From Dehalococcoidia bacterium (GTDB lineage Bacteria > Chloroflexota > Dehalococcoidia > GIF9 > UBA5629), in assembly GCA_041653995.1 (NCBI GenBank), contig JBAZEK010000001.1, positions 1,030,613 through 1,094,612 of the forward strand: a stretch of 64,000 bases of DNA. Reading direction: 5' to 3'. Every line of letters begins with the position of its first letter. The stretch's first letter is position 1. The translations under genes and the position numbers were made by a program. Under the pieces are notes generated by a model that worked only from the letters and a program-made list of their open reading frames with translations, was not told where the DNA came from and ran no database searches. Shown here in pieces: positions 31,531-40,467 of the stretch.

Positions 31531-31823
31531 TCAATTACCTTCTATCATTTTAATATTATACCGTTATCGGAATAATGTCAAGTATAATTACAAGCTAAAA
31601 TATCTTTTCTTTTTGCCGCATTTTTCCATAATACTCCGCAGAATTTTTTCAAATCGTATTTAAATTAAGTTTTAAAAGTTCAAGAATGAGGGTTTATAAT
31701 ATGCATATAAACTGGAAGCATATGGAAGGAAGCACGATAGAAAGTTAGAACGTAAGCAAGCGAGTAAGCAAGAAGGAAAGCAGGCGAGCAGGGAAGCTAT
31801 GTTGCTTTCCTTTTTTTAATTTT

Positions 31824-32057
31824 TTGATTCGGAGGTACGAAATGACTGAAAACAAGGTCAAGGAAATTAGATTGAGCAAATGCATGAATCAGAGAGAACT
31901 GGCAGAGAGAGCTCATATCTGTCAAACAGCTATTTCAGACATTGAAAGGGGGGTAAGACTACCATGGAAAGCAGCGTCTGAAAAGCTTGCTATTGCATTG
32001 GGTGTCACAATCGAGGAATTATTCCCAAACAATCTTAGGGGAGGTAAAAATTGCTAA
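31824..32057 (+). CDS. XRE-family HTH regulator (divergent from Xis-like gene)
   Basis: MNQRELAERAHICQTAISDIERG motif. A 290-bp AT-rich divergent intergenic region resembles a lysogeny-type switch. Confidence 0.75.
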   Translation: MIRRYEMTENKVKEIRLSKCMNQRELAERAHICQTAISDIERGVRLPWKAASEKLAIALGVTIEELFPNNLRGGKNC

Positions 32058-32398
32058 ACAAAAATAGAACGTCTTTAAAGCTGGGAAACAAGAAAGTAGG
32101 CTACTTTGAAGGTGATAAATTCATCAAACCCGTAATCGGCTCAAAGCATCTGCTGAAATTTCCTTACCAAGCTTGGGCAATTGATGCCAAAGTATTTGAC
32201 GATGAAATTAAACCTAACGCCAATTATTTTATTGTAAGAGATAGGGAGTCGGGGCTTGAATATAGTTGTACGGTAAAGGACTTCGACAATTTAAAGCGAA
32301 CCATTAACAGAGGGTATGGTAAGCAGTACAGTCTATCTCTAAAACATTGGAAAATAGCAGCTATGGAAGACGCTGAAGCTTCCAGTAACGCAACATAG
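32051..32398 (+). CDS. hypothetical protein
   Basis: 115 aa ORF co-oriented with and overlapping the XRE gene. No recognisable motif. Confidence 0.4.
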   Translation: MLNKNRTSLKLGNKKVGYFEGDKFIKPVIGSKHLLKFPYQAWAIDAKVFDDEIKPNANYFIVRDRESGLEYSCTVKDFDNLKRTINRGYGKQYSLSLKHWKIAAMEDAEASSNAT

Positions 32399-32528
32399 AG
32401 TAGTGCAGCACCCGTTTTAGTAGTTGGAGGTGCTGTGTAAAAATGGTATTAGACAGAAGGAAAAGGCTGATGGAGGAGGGTATGACTCGCCATGATATTT
32501 CAGGAGCCTACTTATTTAATCAATTCAA

Positions 32529-33026
32529 GTGAGTTGTAATAGATGGTCATACCTATTCGATGGTCTTAAGGAGGAAAATATGATTCAGGGCATAGAAAAT
32601 TATATAAATTTAACAGATACCAAGAATGAATGGGCAAAATTTCTAAATGGCTTTGAATGGCATTGGTTCTTTACTCTCACATTTGATAAAAAGGTAAGTG
32701 ATGACTTGGCATACAAGCAATTCTTTAGGTGGAAGAATTGGATAAAGAGTTCAGTAGGACACAGAATTTTCTATCTAATTATTCCTGAGCGTCCCAAGTA
32801 TAAGGGAGATAATACTCATATTCATGGATTTCTTAATGGTGTTGAAAATGAGAAACCCTACATATGGAGAAGGAAATGGGAGGCAATGGCAGGCTTTTCT
32901 CGGATTCAACCCTATGATAGTTCAAGGGGTGCAAGCTATTATCTAGCGGATAAAATTGTATTTAAAGAAGAGGATATTTATCATAGCAAAGACCTAAATA
33001 TGATAAAGATAAATACACTCAATTAA
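32529..33026 (+). CDS. putative HUH-superfamily rolling-circle replication initiator (Rep)
   Basis: Three motifs in canonical order: motif I FFTLTF, motif II HIHGFL (HUH) and motif III SYYLADK (YxxxK). Confidence 0.45.
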   Translation: MSCNRWSYLFDGLKEENMIQGIENYINLTDTKNEWAKFLNGFEWHWFFTLTFDKKVSDDLAYKQFFRWKNWIKSSVGHRIFYLIIPERPKYKGDNTHIHGFLNGVENEKPYIWRRKWEAMAGFSRIQPYDSSRGASYYLADKIVFKEEDIYHSKDLNMIKINTLN

Positions 33027-33165
33027 ATCCATTATATATATCAATATGATTATTACTACAAACATCAATATTTATTTCTTTTACTTTTACTTTTCCTTAT
33101 GCCCCTTTTTTATTTTTGCCCCAAATATGAATTAAATATAAATATCTACAATTAATTGCATAAAA

Positions 33166-33858
33166 TTGGGGCATAGGGAAAAAATCACATATAAAATTCA
33201 AATAGAAAGTCAGGAGGAATCAGTAAGTAAAATGAGTACAATAATTTCAAAACCTACGACAATTCAAATTAGCATGCTTGGGACACATGCCTTTTGTGAA
33301 TATAGGATATATCTTGAGCTTGTTATGGGTTTTAAAGCACGAGGTACACCAGAAATGCTTGAAGGCACAAAAGCACACTCAAGGATAAATACGATGGCTT
33401 TCTTAACGAGAGATTCAAATATTAGCATTGAGGATGCGTTGCTCCAAGCAGAGTCAGACGGAAGAGAAATAACAAAAAGGAACGTACGGGTAACAGGTAA
33501 GATACTACGTGGGAATATCGATGAAATTCACATTGGGCCAAAAGAAATTACGATTATAGATGATAAAAAATGGGCAGAGCATTATCCATCATATAAAAAT
33601 CAAGTCTTTGGCTATTGCCTTGCGTTTAAAGAACAATACAACCCAAAGCAGCCGATATACGGTGCCATAAAGAATTATCAGTCTGGAAAGGAAGTCTGGA
33701 AAAAACAATTTTCAGTTTTGGAAGAGGAATATATAAACGGCATTGTTCAAAGAATACTGGGGATAATTCGTGAGGATATCACTCCAAAACCCATTGGTGT
33801 TAGAGAAGTATGCTGGCAATGTGGATTTAAAAATTACTGCAATGTAAGGACACGATAG
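33166..33858 (+). CDS. Cas4-like / PD-(D/E)XK RecB-family nuclease with 4-Cys cluster
   Basis: An N-terminal Cys (HAFCEY), a D...IDDKK nuclease core, a QVFGY (QxxxY) motif and a C-terminal CWQCGFKNYC three-Cys motif. No CRISPR array is nearby. Confidence 0.5.
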   Translation: MGHREKITYKIQIESQEESVSKMSTIISKPTTIQISMLGTHAFCEYRIYLELVMGFKARGTPEMLEGTKAHSRINTMAFLTRDSNISIEDALLQAESDGREITKRNVRVTGKILRGNIDEIHIGPKEITIIDDKKWAEHYPSYKNQVFGYCLAFKEQYNPKQPIYGAIKNYQSGKEVWKKQFSVLEEEYINGIVQRILGIIREDITPKPIGVREVCWQCGFKNYCNVRTR

Positions 33859-33895
33859 CAAAATGGTGGAAAAAGGAAAAAGAAGAAACTAACTA

Positions 33896-34159
33896 CTATA
33901 CTGCCTTGAAACCCACAATAAAGTAATTTGATTTATCAAATATAAGTCTTATCTTGTGTTCTGAATTATCCTTGCCGGCCAGGGCAATTAAGAATGATAG
34001 CTTCTTTGGATTAGTAACTGTCTTAGAAATTGGACGATGGACAATAAAACCCTCAAGTTCAATCTTCACATATCTACAGCCAGTCTTCGGATATGGCAAA
34101 TCCTTCTCTTCCACAATATCTATATATTTGCATATGGCTGAATTTGTCCTTCTTGGCAT
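33896..34159 (-). CDS. hypothetical protein
   Basis: 87 aa ORF on the opposite strand within the island. Confidence 0.3.
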   Translation of the reverse strand: MPRRTNSAICKYIDIVEEKDLPYPKTGCRYVKIELEGFIVHRPISKTVTNPKKLSFLIALAGKDNSEHKIRLIFDKSNYFIVGFKAV

Positions 34160-34503
34160 ATTTATTTCCTTTCTTCCCTTTTCCGCTAAATTTAAACTAA
34201 ATATAAATATCTACAAATTATTATATTAAATCCACAACCAAATTTGAATATGAATGCCACAGATAAATGGCGGAAAAGAAAAAGAGTCTTAGAGATATTA
34301 TTATTTTGTATTATTTTCTTTAATAGTCAGATAGCAAGTGTGGCTAAGGGCAATTTTACCTTTAAAAATATTGAATCTGGTTGTCATTTGTCTAGTGCTT
34401 TAAAAATAGAAAACCTTCACGTGTGAGAAATGCCAGTAGCACGTGTATTAGAAGCGGCATTTTAAATAAAATCTTAGCCCAAAGTCATAGCAAATATAGA
34501 TTG

Positions 34504-34532
34504 TTGCATGCGTCCTTTTAATACGATAGAAT
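34504..34532 (+). promoter_or_regulatory. sigma70-like promoter TTGCAT-17-TAGAAT (copy 1 of duplicated promoter-leader)
   Basis: The same architecture recurs at 40413-40441. It is followed by a GGGGAG RBS and an ATG at 34559. Confidence 0.5.
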
Positions 34533-34558
34533 ACGGTCAATGTAGTGAGGCTGGGGAG

Positions 34559-36502
34559 ATGAAATATTTACTTGCTTGTTTCATAGCACTATTCGTTATA
34601 TCAGCCTGTGCATCTCAAGTCCATGTTGGTGACCAAGCTCCAAACTTCACACTGACAGATATAAATGGTAAACGTATTAGTCTGCAAGATTTTCGTGGCA
34701 AGCAGGTTGTTCTTTATCTTTGGTTTTTATATTGTCCTGAATGTACAGAAGACCTTGCTGAGATTCAAGAGTTGAATAATAATAGTGACGAAAGAGTCAT
34801 TAAGTTCCTAACCATTAACCCAGAAAATTCATCAAAAGACGTTGCGGATTTTTTCACTAAAAATGGATATAGTTTCCCAGTTTTGTTTGATTTAGATGGA
34901 AGTATTTACAAGCAATATAATTTACGACCTCGGTCTGCACCCTACACAATAATTATTGCTCCTGATGGAAAGATTAACAATATTACAGTGGGGAATCTTC
35001 ATTATCAAGGTGGTTTAAAACGGTTAATTGGAGATAACGTAACATCCTTCAGTCCAAGTGCACAAACTCAAAAGACTCCAATAATTATCGTACCCAGTTT
35101 ACAATCTCATGGTGTCGATGAACTTGCTTATGTATCTAGCGAAACGAACACGAACTCTATATATGTCGTGAATGCAAACGGGGAATATATTGCTAACTCA
35201 TCTGGAAAAATGGATGCATTATACCATGTTAGTTGGTCGCCAAACGGAGATAAGATTATTTTTGAAGTGGTTAAAGATATCAATATAGACCAGAGAAATA
35301 TGACCCTTATTTCTTCGTCTGATATTTATTCTCTTGATATTAAAGACCATGAAGAGCGTAGACTTACTTCAAATTATCCGTATAGCAATTGTTCTCCCAC
35401 ATGGATTGAAGACGATAAAATCGTATTTTATTCAACAAGGGGAAGTTCGTATGGCAGTTTTTTACAAAATATATACATCATGAACGCAGACGGAAGTAAT
35501 CAGATAAATTTAACTAATTGTGCAGAGAATGTACCTATGGTATTAGAACCAATATTATCGCCTGACCACTTGTCTGCAGCATATATTACGGGTAAGTTAT
35601 TCGATGAAGATATATATGTGATAAACCTAGTGAATGGAAATAAATTTGAAATAGGCCATAATCCAACATTTGCACCCTGGACTTGGTGGTCTCCAAACAG
35701 TAAACAGATAGCGTATATATCTGCCTCTCTAAACGGGGGGCCTGAATCATTTTATCTCTACGATGTCGAAAAACAGAAACCGATAAAATACTATGATAGC
35801 CCTCAATCTTATTCTATTATGGAAATAGCATGGTCGCCAGACAGTAACAAAGTCGCTATTTTTGAAAAACCGCAGAGCTTGTATGTTTTAGATTGTCTGA
35901 GTTCCAAGTTTACAAAACTTGATGGGATATGTGACTGGGTAGTAGAGATGAAATGGATACCTAATAACCAACAAATAGCCATTATTGGTGACAGGTTTAC
36001 AAACAGAAACTTGTATGTAATTGATATTGGTGAGCAGAGTAAGCATAAAATCAATCCAGAGGGAACGGCAGTCGAGTCGTATCGATGGTCAACTGATAAT
36101 ACAAGAATCATTTATTGCTTAGATGATGGATATCTTTACACAACTTTCCTACCCAACTTAAATACCATAAAACTAATGCAACTTAATAAAAATACGATAA
36201 AAGGGTTAGCTTTGTCACCAGACGGTTTATTAATCGCTGTTGCTCTGAGTGACGATACTCTAACTGTAATTTCATTAAACAATAACAAGGTGTGCTTGTT
36301 AACTAATGATTATTACAATATTGGAGCAATTTCTTGGTCGCAAAACAGTAACATACTTGCATTTGAATACGGAACTTTATGGGATAGTCCGTTTGTATGC
36401 AGTAACATTCAAATCATCAATTTCGAAAACGAGGAACAGTTCATTAAATTAGATAAACCAATCTCAGGACGCTCTCCAATTTGGGCGAGAAAGGAAAAAT
36501 AA
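34559..36502 (+). CDS. lipoprotein: TlpA-like thioredoxin-fold (CPEC) domain fused to TolB-like beta-propeller
   Basis: Signal/lipobox MKYLLACFIALFVISAC. The redoxin motif is GKQVVLYLWFLYCPEC. The C-terminal ~450 aa carry repeated SWSPNGDKI, AWSPDSNKVA and RWSTDNTRII PD40-like blades. Track ORF 34508 probably starts at 34559. Confidence 0.75.
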   Translation: MKYLLACFIALFVISACASQVHVGDQAPNFTLTDINGKRISLQDFRGKQVVLYLWFLYCPECTEDLAEIQELNNNSDERVIKFLTINPENSSKDVADFFTKNGYSFPVLFDLDGSIYKQYNLRPRSAPYTIIIAPDGKINNITVGNLHYQGGLKRLIGDNVTSFSPSAQTQKTPIIIVPSLQSHGVDELAYVSSETNTNSIYVVNANGEYIANSSGKMDALYHVSWSPNGDKIIFEVVKDINIDQRNMTLISSSDIYSLDIKDHEERRLTSNYPYSNCSPTWIEDDKIVFYSTRGSSYGSFLQNIYIMNADGSNQINLTNCAENVPMVLEPILSPDHLSAAYITGKLFDEDIYVINLVNGNKFEIGHNPTFAPWTWWSPNSKQIAYISASLNGGPESFYLYDVEKQKPIKYYDSPQSYSIMEIAWSPDSNKVAIFEKPQSLYVLDCLSSKFTKLDGICDWVVEMKWIPNNQQIAIIGDRFTNRNLYVIDIGEQSKHKINPEGTAVESYRWSTDNTRIIYCLDDGYLYTTFLPNLNTIKLMQLNKNTIKGLALSPDGLLIAVALSDDTLTVISLNNNKVCLLTNDYYNIGAISWSQNSNILAFEYGTLWDSPFVCSNIQIINFENEEQFIKLDKPISGRSPIWARKEK

Positions 36503-36527
36503 GAAATTTCAAAAATGGAGACTGAAT

Positions 36528-36824
36528 ATGACTGGCGAATTGGGAAATTTTGTTATCGTCATGGGATTACCCTGTTTAGGAGCGCTGTTAATAGCTTTTT
36601 GTTCATTACCAACCGATAAATGGACAATAAAACACACTTTTATGTTGGTGGGAACTTCACTAATTTTTATTAGCTTTATTTTGCAAGCATATCAGATTAT
36701 TGATAAATACCCTGATAAAAATGAATATATATTTGGATGGTGGATTGTCGGTTTAGCTACCGTTATCATGGCTATAATAGGGCAAATTATTAGAATCAGA
36801 TACGGTAAAAGTTGGTTCCAATAG
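36528..36824 (+). CDS. small membrane protein
   Basis: 98 aa with three hydrophobic helices. Confidence 0.4.
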   Translation: MTGELGNFVIVMGLPCLGALLIAFCSLPTDKWTIKHTFMLVGTSLIFISFILQAYQIIDKYPDKNEYIFGWWIVGLATVIMAIIGQIIRIRYGKSWFQ

Positions 36825-36920
36825 GATAATAAAATAGTGGGAAAGGAAAGAGAAGGAAATTTAATTAGCTATCTATATTTAAGATAAGAGTGACTTATAG
36901 AACTTCATTGAGGTTGGGAG

Positions 36921-37451
36921 ATGCAACAACAGTATCAATGCCCTAATTGTAGGTATCCAGTTGCTTATGGGAATAATTTCTGTGGACATTGTAGACAACA
37001 ACTAATCTGGCAACAATTAATGCCACCTTCACCACCAGTACACCATCAGCAAACACCACAAGGCATTATTGGGAAATCACACGAGCAAAACACTTCTGGA
37101 CAAGGTGGTCAATCAATAATACCCGATGAAAAGCGTATTAAACTTCCAAAACTCAATATTCGTTTCGACTTTGAGTTGTTTCAAGCAATTGAGGACAATG
37201 ACCGTAAACTGGCTGAACAGCTCAAAGCAAAATATGGGGATGATGTTTATAATTCCAATTTTTATAACCTGCTTAGTATCGAAGACGCTAACTCAGTAGA
37301 CTCACTTCATCTTAAACTAGTATCAGTTGAAAAAATGAATTTCAATGATATTTTATGCGAAAGTATCAAAATAGAGACTGAAAAAGTACGCAAAAGGATA
37401 GAGGAGCTTGAGAATATAAAAAATTTACGCAACGGGATTGAGGAAGTGTAA
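36921..37451 (+). CDS. zinc-ribbon protein (MQQxYxCPxC family N-terminus)
   Basis: MQQQYQCPNCRYPVAYGNNFCGHCRQQLIW matches the N-termini of chromosomal genes at 56282 and 58107. The rest is charged and coiled-coil-like. Confidence 0.55.
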   Translation: MQQQYQCPNCRYPVAYGNNFCGHCRQQLIWQQLMPPSPPVHHQQTPQGIIGKSHEQNTSGQGGQSIIPDEKRIKLPKLNIRFDFELFQAIEDNDRKLAEQLKAKYGDDVYNSNFYNLLSIEDANSVDSLHLKLVSVEKMNFNDILCESIKIETEKVRKRIEELENIKNLRNGIEEV

Positions 37452-37511
37452 GGAACTGACTAAACCCCTGAAACTGGCAGCTCGAGTAAGAAAAATGGCG
37501 GGAAAGAAAAT

Positions 37512-39368
37512 TTGATTTATATGTTATGGGATGATACGTATCGTAAAGATGCAGCGGAGTATGAAATCTATCTGCGTATGCATCATAAAGAAAAAAACGA
37601 TTACGAGAAGCTTTTATCTAATCTTGAACGTGAGTGGTCAGAAAAATCAGTTAAAGAAGAAAACTACATATCGCTTAAAAAGGAATACACAGCGAAACTA
37701 CAGGAAACAAAGAAGTACATTTCAAAGCTGAAATTCCAGATTACAGCACTCATTAAAAAATGTAATAAAGACATAGATAAAATCGATAGCCAAATTGAAC
37801 AAATTAAATTGCGGCACAAAGTTGGTGAATATTCAGAGGAGAAACTCAAAGAACTATTATCACCATCTGAAACAGAAAGAAGGCAATTTGAATCCTTAAT
37901 AATCGAACTGAAACGCATACATGGCTTGAAATATATACCTAAACCAACTACCGATGATGTTGTATCAGAAACAGAACCGAGTCAGCCTAGAAGGTCTCCT
38001 ATCCCAACGTCATCTACTTCTATTTCAACAGCTGAAGAGCAAGCCCCCGAAATATCAGCACCAATGAGTTTTGAAGAACCGCCTCCTATTTTGGTACCTG
38101 CTGTATTTAAAAAGTCTTCACCTGTAAGAGTAAAGAAGAGTCTGTGGATTATGGCTTCGATTACTATGTTTGTAATATTAATTCTCTGTTTTGTTATTTG
38201 GAATATAGAAGTGCATAAAAAGGTAATCCCTCAGATTGGAGACCAAGCTCCAAACTTCTCTCTCCCAGATATGAATGGTAAAACGGTTAACCTTCAGGAC
38301 TTTCACGGAAAGGGTGTTGTTCTTTACCTTTGGGACACATCATGTCCTTACTGCAAAAATGACCTTAGCTGGATAAATGAATTAAATGGCTGCACCTATG
38401 ACGAAGCAATAATATTTTTAACTATTAATATCTCAGATTCACGTGGAACAGCTATTAAATATTTTGAGGAAAATGGATATAGTATTCCCGTTTTAAATGA
38501 TATGCGTGGGACGGTTATTAAGCAGTATGTAAAGTACACCTTAGGCCATACGTATCCAGATACTATTCTTATTGGTTCAAATGGCCAGATTCGTAATGTA
38601 AAAGTCGGGCCCTTCCAAAGCAAGACTGAATTAAAAACATTTATAGAATCAGGTTTAACCCCCCGTTGGGATAATACTCCTCCACAAATTTATGATATTA
38701 ATCTTTCTAAGGCCTCTATTTTGAGTTGGAAAACGGATGAGGAAACACATAGTAATATACAAGGGTTTCGTAATAGTGTCGGAGGTGCTGGAGTCACTCT
38801 TGGTGAAAATTGGACAAGATATCATAGCGTAAATGAAACAGTTTGCACTAATGGCTACTATGACCAAATTCAAATCAACTCGTATGACCGCTGCGGTAAT
38901 TCTGCTTCAAAAGTTTTTACACTGCCCAACTGCATAAATTTAGGTTGTAGAGCTCCTGATTTCACAGCAACTTCAACTAATAATCAGGATATAACGCTGT
39001 CCGCAGTACCTAGCAAAATGACTCTACTTCACTTCTGGCTACTCGGATGTGGTGCATGTGAAAAGGAACTTCCATTAATCCAAAAACTATATTATGAGCG
39101 TCCTAGAGAAGAACTTGAGATATTGGCTGTGAATGTTAGAGGTGACATATACAGCATAAATGACTTCGTTACTGCAAATGGTTATAGATTAATTATTTTA
39201 CTAGATACAGAAGGCATAATAGATGCCGCCTATCATAATCCAAGGTTCCCCACAACCTTTTTATTGGATTGCAATAAGGTAATTATTAACAAGCATGACG
39301 GTGCCTTTCAAAATTATGAAGAAATCGTTGATTTTGTAGGTCAGTATCCAAAACTTCCTGGTAAATAG
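37512..39368 (+). CDS. membrane-anchored protein with N-terminal coiled coil and two TlpA-like thioredoxin-fold domains (CPYC and CGAC)
   Basis: TTG start. Single TM (LWIMASITMFVILILCFVIW). Domain 1 is IPQIGDQAPNFSL...VVLYLWDTSCPYCKND. Domain 2 is GCRAPDF...LLHFWLLGCGACEKE. Confidence 0.7.
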   Translation: MIYMLWDDTYRKDAAEYEIYLRMHHKEKNDYEKLLSNLEREWSEKSVKEENYISLKKEYTAKLQETKKYISKLKFQITALIKKCNKDIDKIDSQIEQIKLRHKVGEYSEEKLKELLSPSETERRQFESLIIELKRIHGLKYIPKPTTDDVVSETEPSQPRRSPIPTSSTSISTAEEQAPEISAPMSFEEPPPILVPAVFKKSSPVRVKKSLWIMASITMFVILILCFVIWNIEVHKKVIPQIGDQAPNFSLPDMNGKTVNLQDFHGKGVVLYLWDTSCPYCKNDLSWINELNGCTYDEAIIFLTINISDSRGTAIKYFEENGYSIPVLNDMRGTVIKQYVKYTLGHTYPDTILIGSNGQIRNVKVGPFQSKTELKTFIESGLTPRWDNTPPQIYDINLSKASILSWKTDEETHSNIQGFRNSVGGAGVTLGENWTRYHSVNETVCTNGYYDQIQINSYDRCGNSASKVFTLPNCINLGCRAPDFTATSTNNQDITLSAVPSKMTLLHFWLLGCGACEKELPLIQKLYYERPREELEILAVNVRGDIYSINDFVTANGYRLIILLDTEGIIDAAYHNPRFPTTFLLDCNKVIINKHDGAFQNYEEIVDFVGQYPKLPGK

Positions 39369-39441
39369 ATAATTTCTTGATATTAAGAAATCGAGGTGTA
39401 CTGGTCTGAACCCCTGAAACTGGACAGCTTGAGTAAGAAAA

Positions 39442-39951
39442 ATGGCGGAAAAAGAAATGCAACAGGAGGAGCATCCCCTAAATATGGGGAAGCTACTTGT
39501 GAATTTCCAATCACTTGAGATAGCTCTCCGTCTATTTCTTTATAATGATGAAATTGCCTCTAGAGTTTCATCTCCTCAGGCGGTAAACCTAAATGCTATG
39601 AATGCGGGGGATATAGTAGCTGAAAATGCGTTCACAAACTATGATAGTCTAAGTCAACTCATTGATAAATATAATAACCATCCCAACATCATATCGACAG
39701 GTCTAACCATTGATAAGACTTTAGTGGACATACGTGATGCAATAGCTCATGGAAGAGTCGCTGGAGTCACTCCTTTGCTTGTGCCTCCTTTAAAACTAAT
39801 GAAGTTTGATAAACCAAAGAACAAAAGTGTGAAAGTAACATTTAGCGTTTTATTGACAAGGGAATGGTTCATTCTAGAGATGGCTAAGGTTCAAGATGCA
39901 GTTTTTAAAGTCTTTCAAGCTATCCAAATAATACAGAGTGCTAAGACATAA
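39442..39951 (+). CDS. hypothetical protein with possible HEPN-like Rx4H motif
   Basis: 169 aa. RDAIAHGR fits Rx4-6H. The evidence is weak. Confidence 0.35.
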   Translation: MAEKEMQQEEHPLNMGKLLVNFQSLEIALRLFLYNDEIASRVSSPQAVNLNAMNAGDIVAENAFTNYDSLSQLIDKYNNHPNIISTGLTIDKTLVDIRDAIAHGRVAGVTPLLVPPLKLMKFDKPKNKSVKVTFSVLLTREWFILEMAKVQDAVFKVFQAIQIIQSAKT

Positions 39952-40412
39952 GTGGTGCCCTCTGAAATCGCTCTGAGGGGCTGAAATCAGGGTGTTGCAT
40001 ATTGAACATGACGGATTCCACCTGTCATTACTATTCCAGCTTAATTAGAGCCTTTAAAGTATTAAACAGTAAAGGTAATAACTCTACTTCCTTTCCCTTA
40101 AGCCCCTTTATTATTTCTTCGCCTAAGTTTCCGTTCAAGTGAATTATGTCGCTTTTAAGACCAACAAACGCTGGTACACCATAAACACGTTTACGTTCAA
40201 GCCAATTATGTCGTTTTGCATATATTATTTCCAGCTTAAATTAACTACAGAAAAATGGGGCAAAAAGAGAAAAAGGGGAATTATATATCAATTTATTGTC
40301 AATAATCTTTGAAATACTATTACTTCATCTGAGAGAGATGCCAGCAGCTAAGTGTAACGGCATTGAATTTTAAATAACTTCTCAGCCCAAAGTGGTAACG
40401 CATATAGGTCTA

Positions 40413-40441
40413 TTGCATAAGTATTGTTCATATAATAGAAT
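40413..40441 (+). promoter_or_regulatory. sigma70-like promoter TTGCAT-17-TAGAAT (copy 2 of duplicated promoter-leader)
   Basis: 83 bp spanning promoter -10, RBS and the first 17 codons is identical to 34526-34608. Confidence 0.5.
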
Positions 40442-40467
40442 ACGGTCAATGTAGTGAGGCTGGGGAG

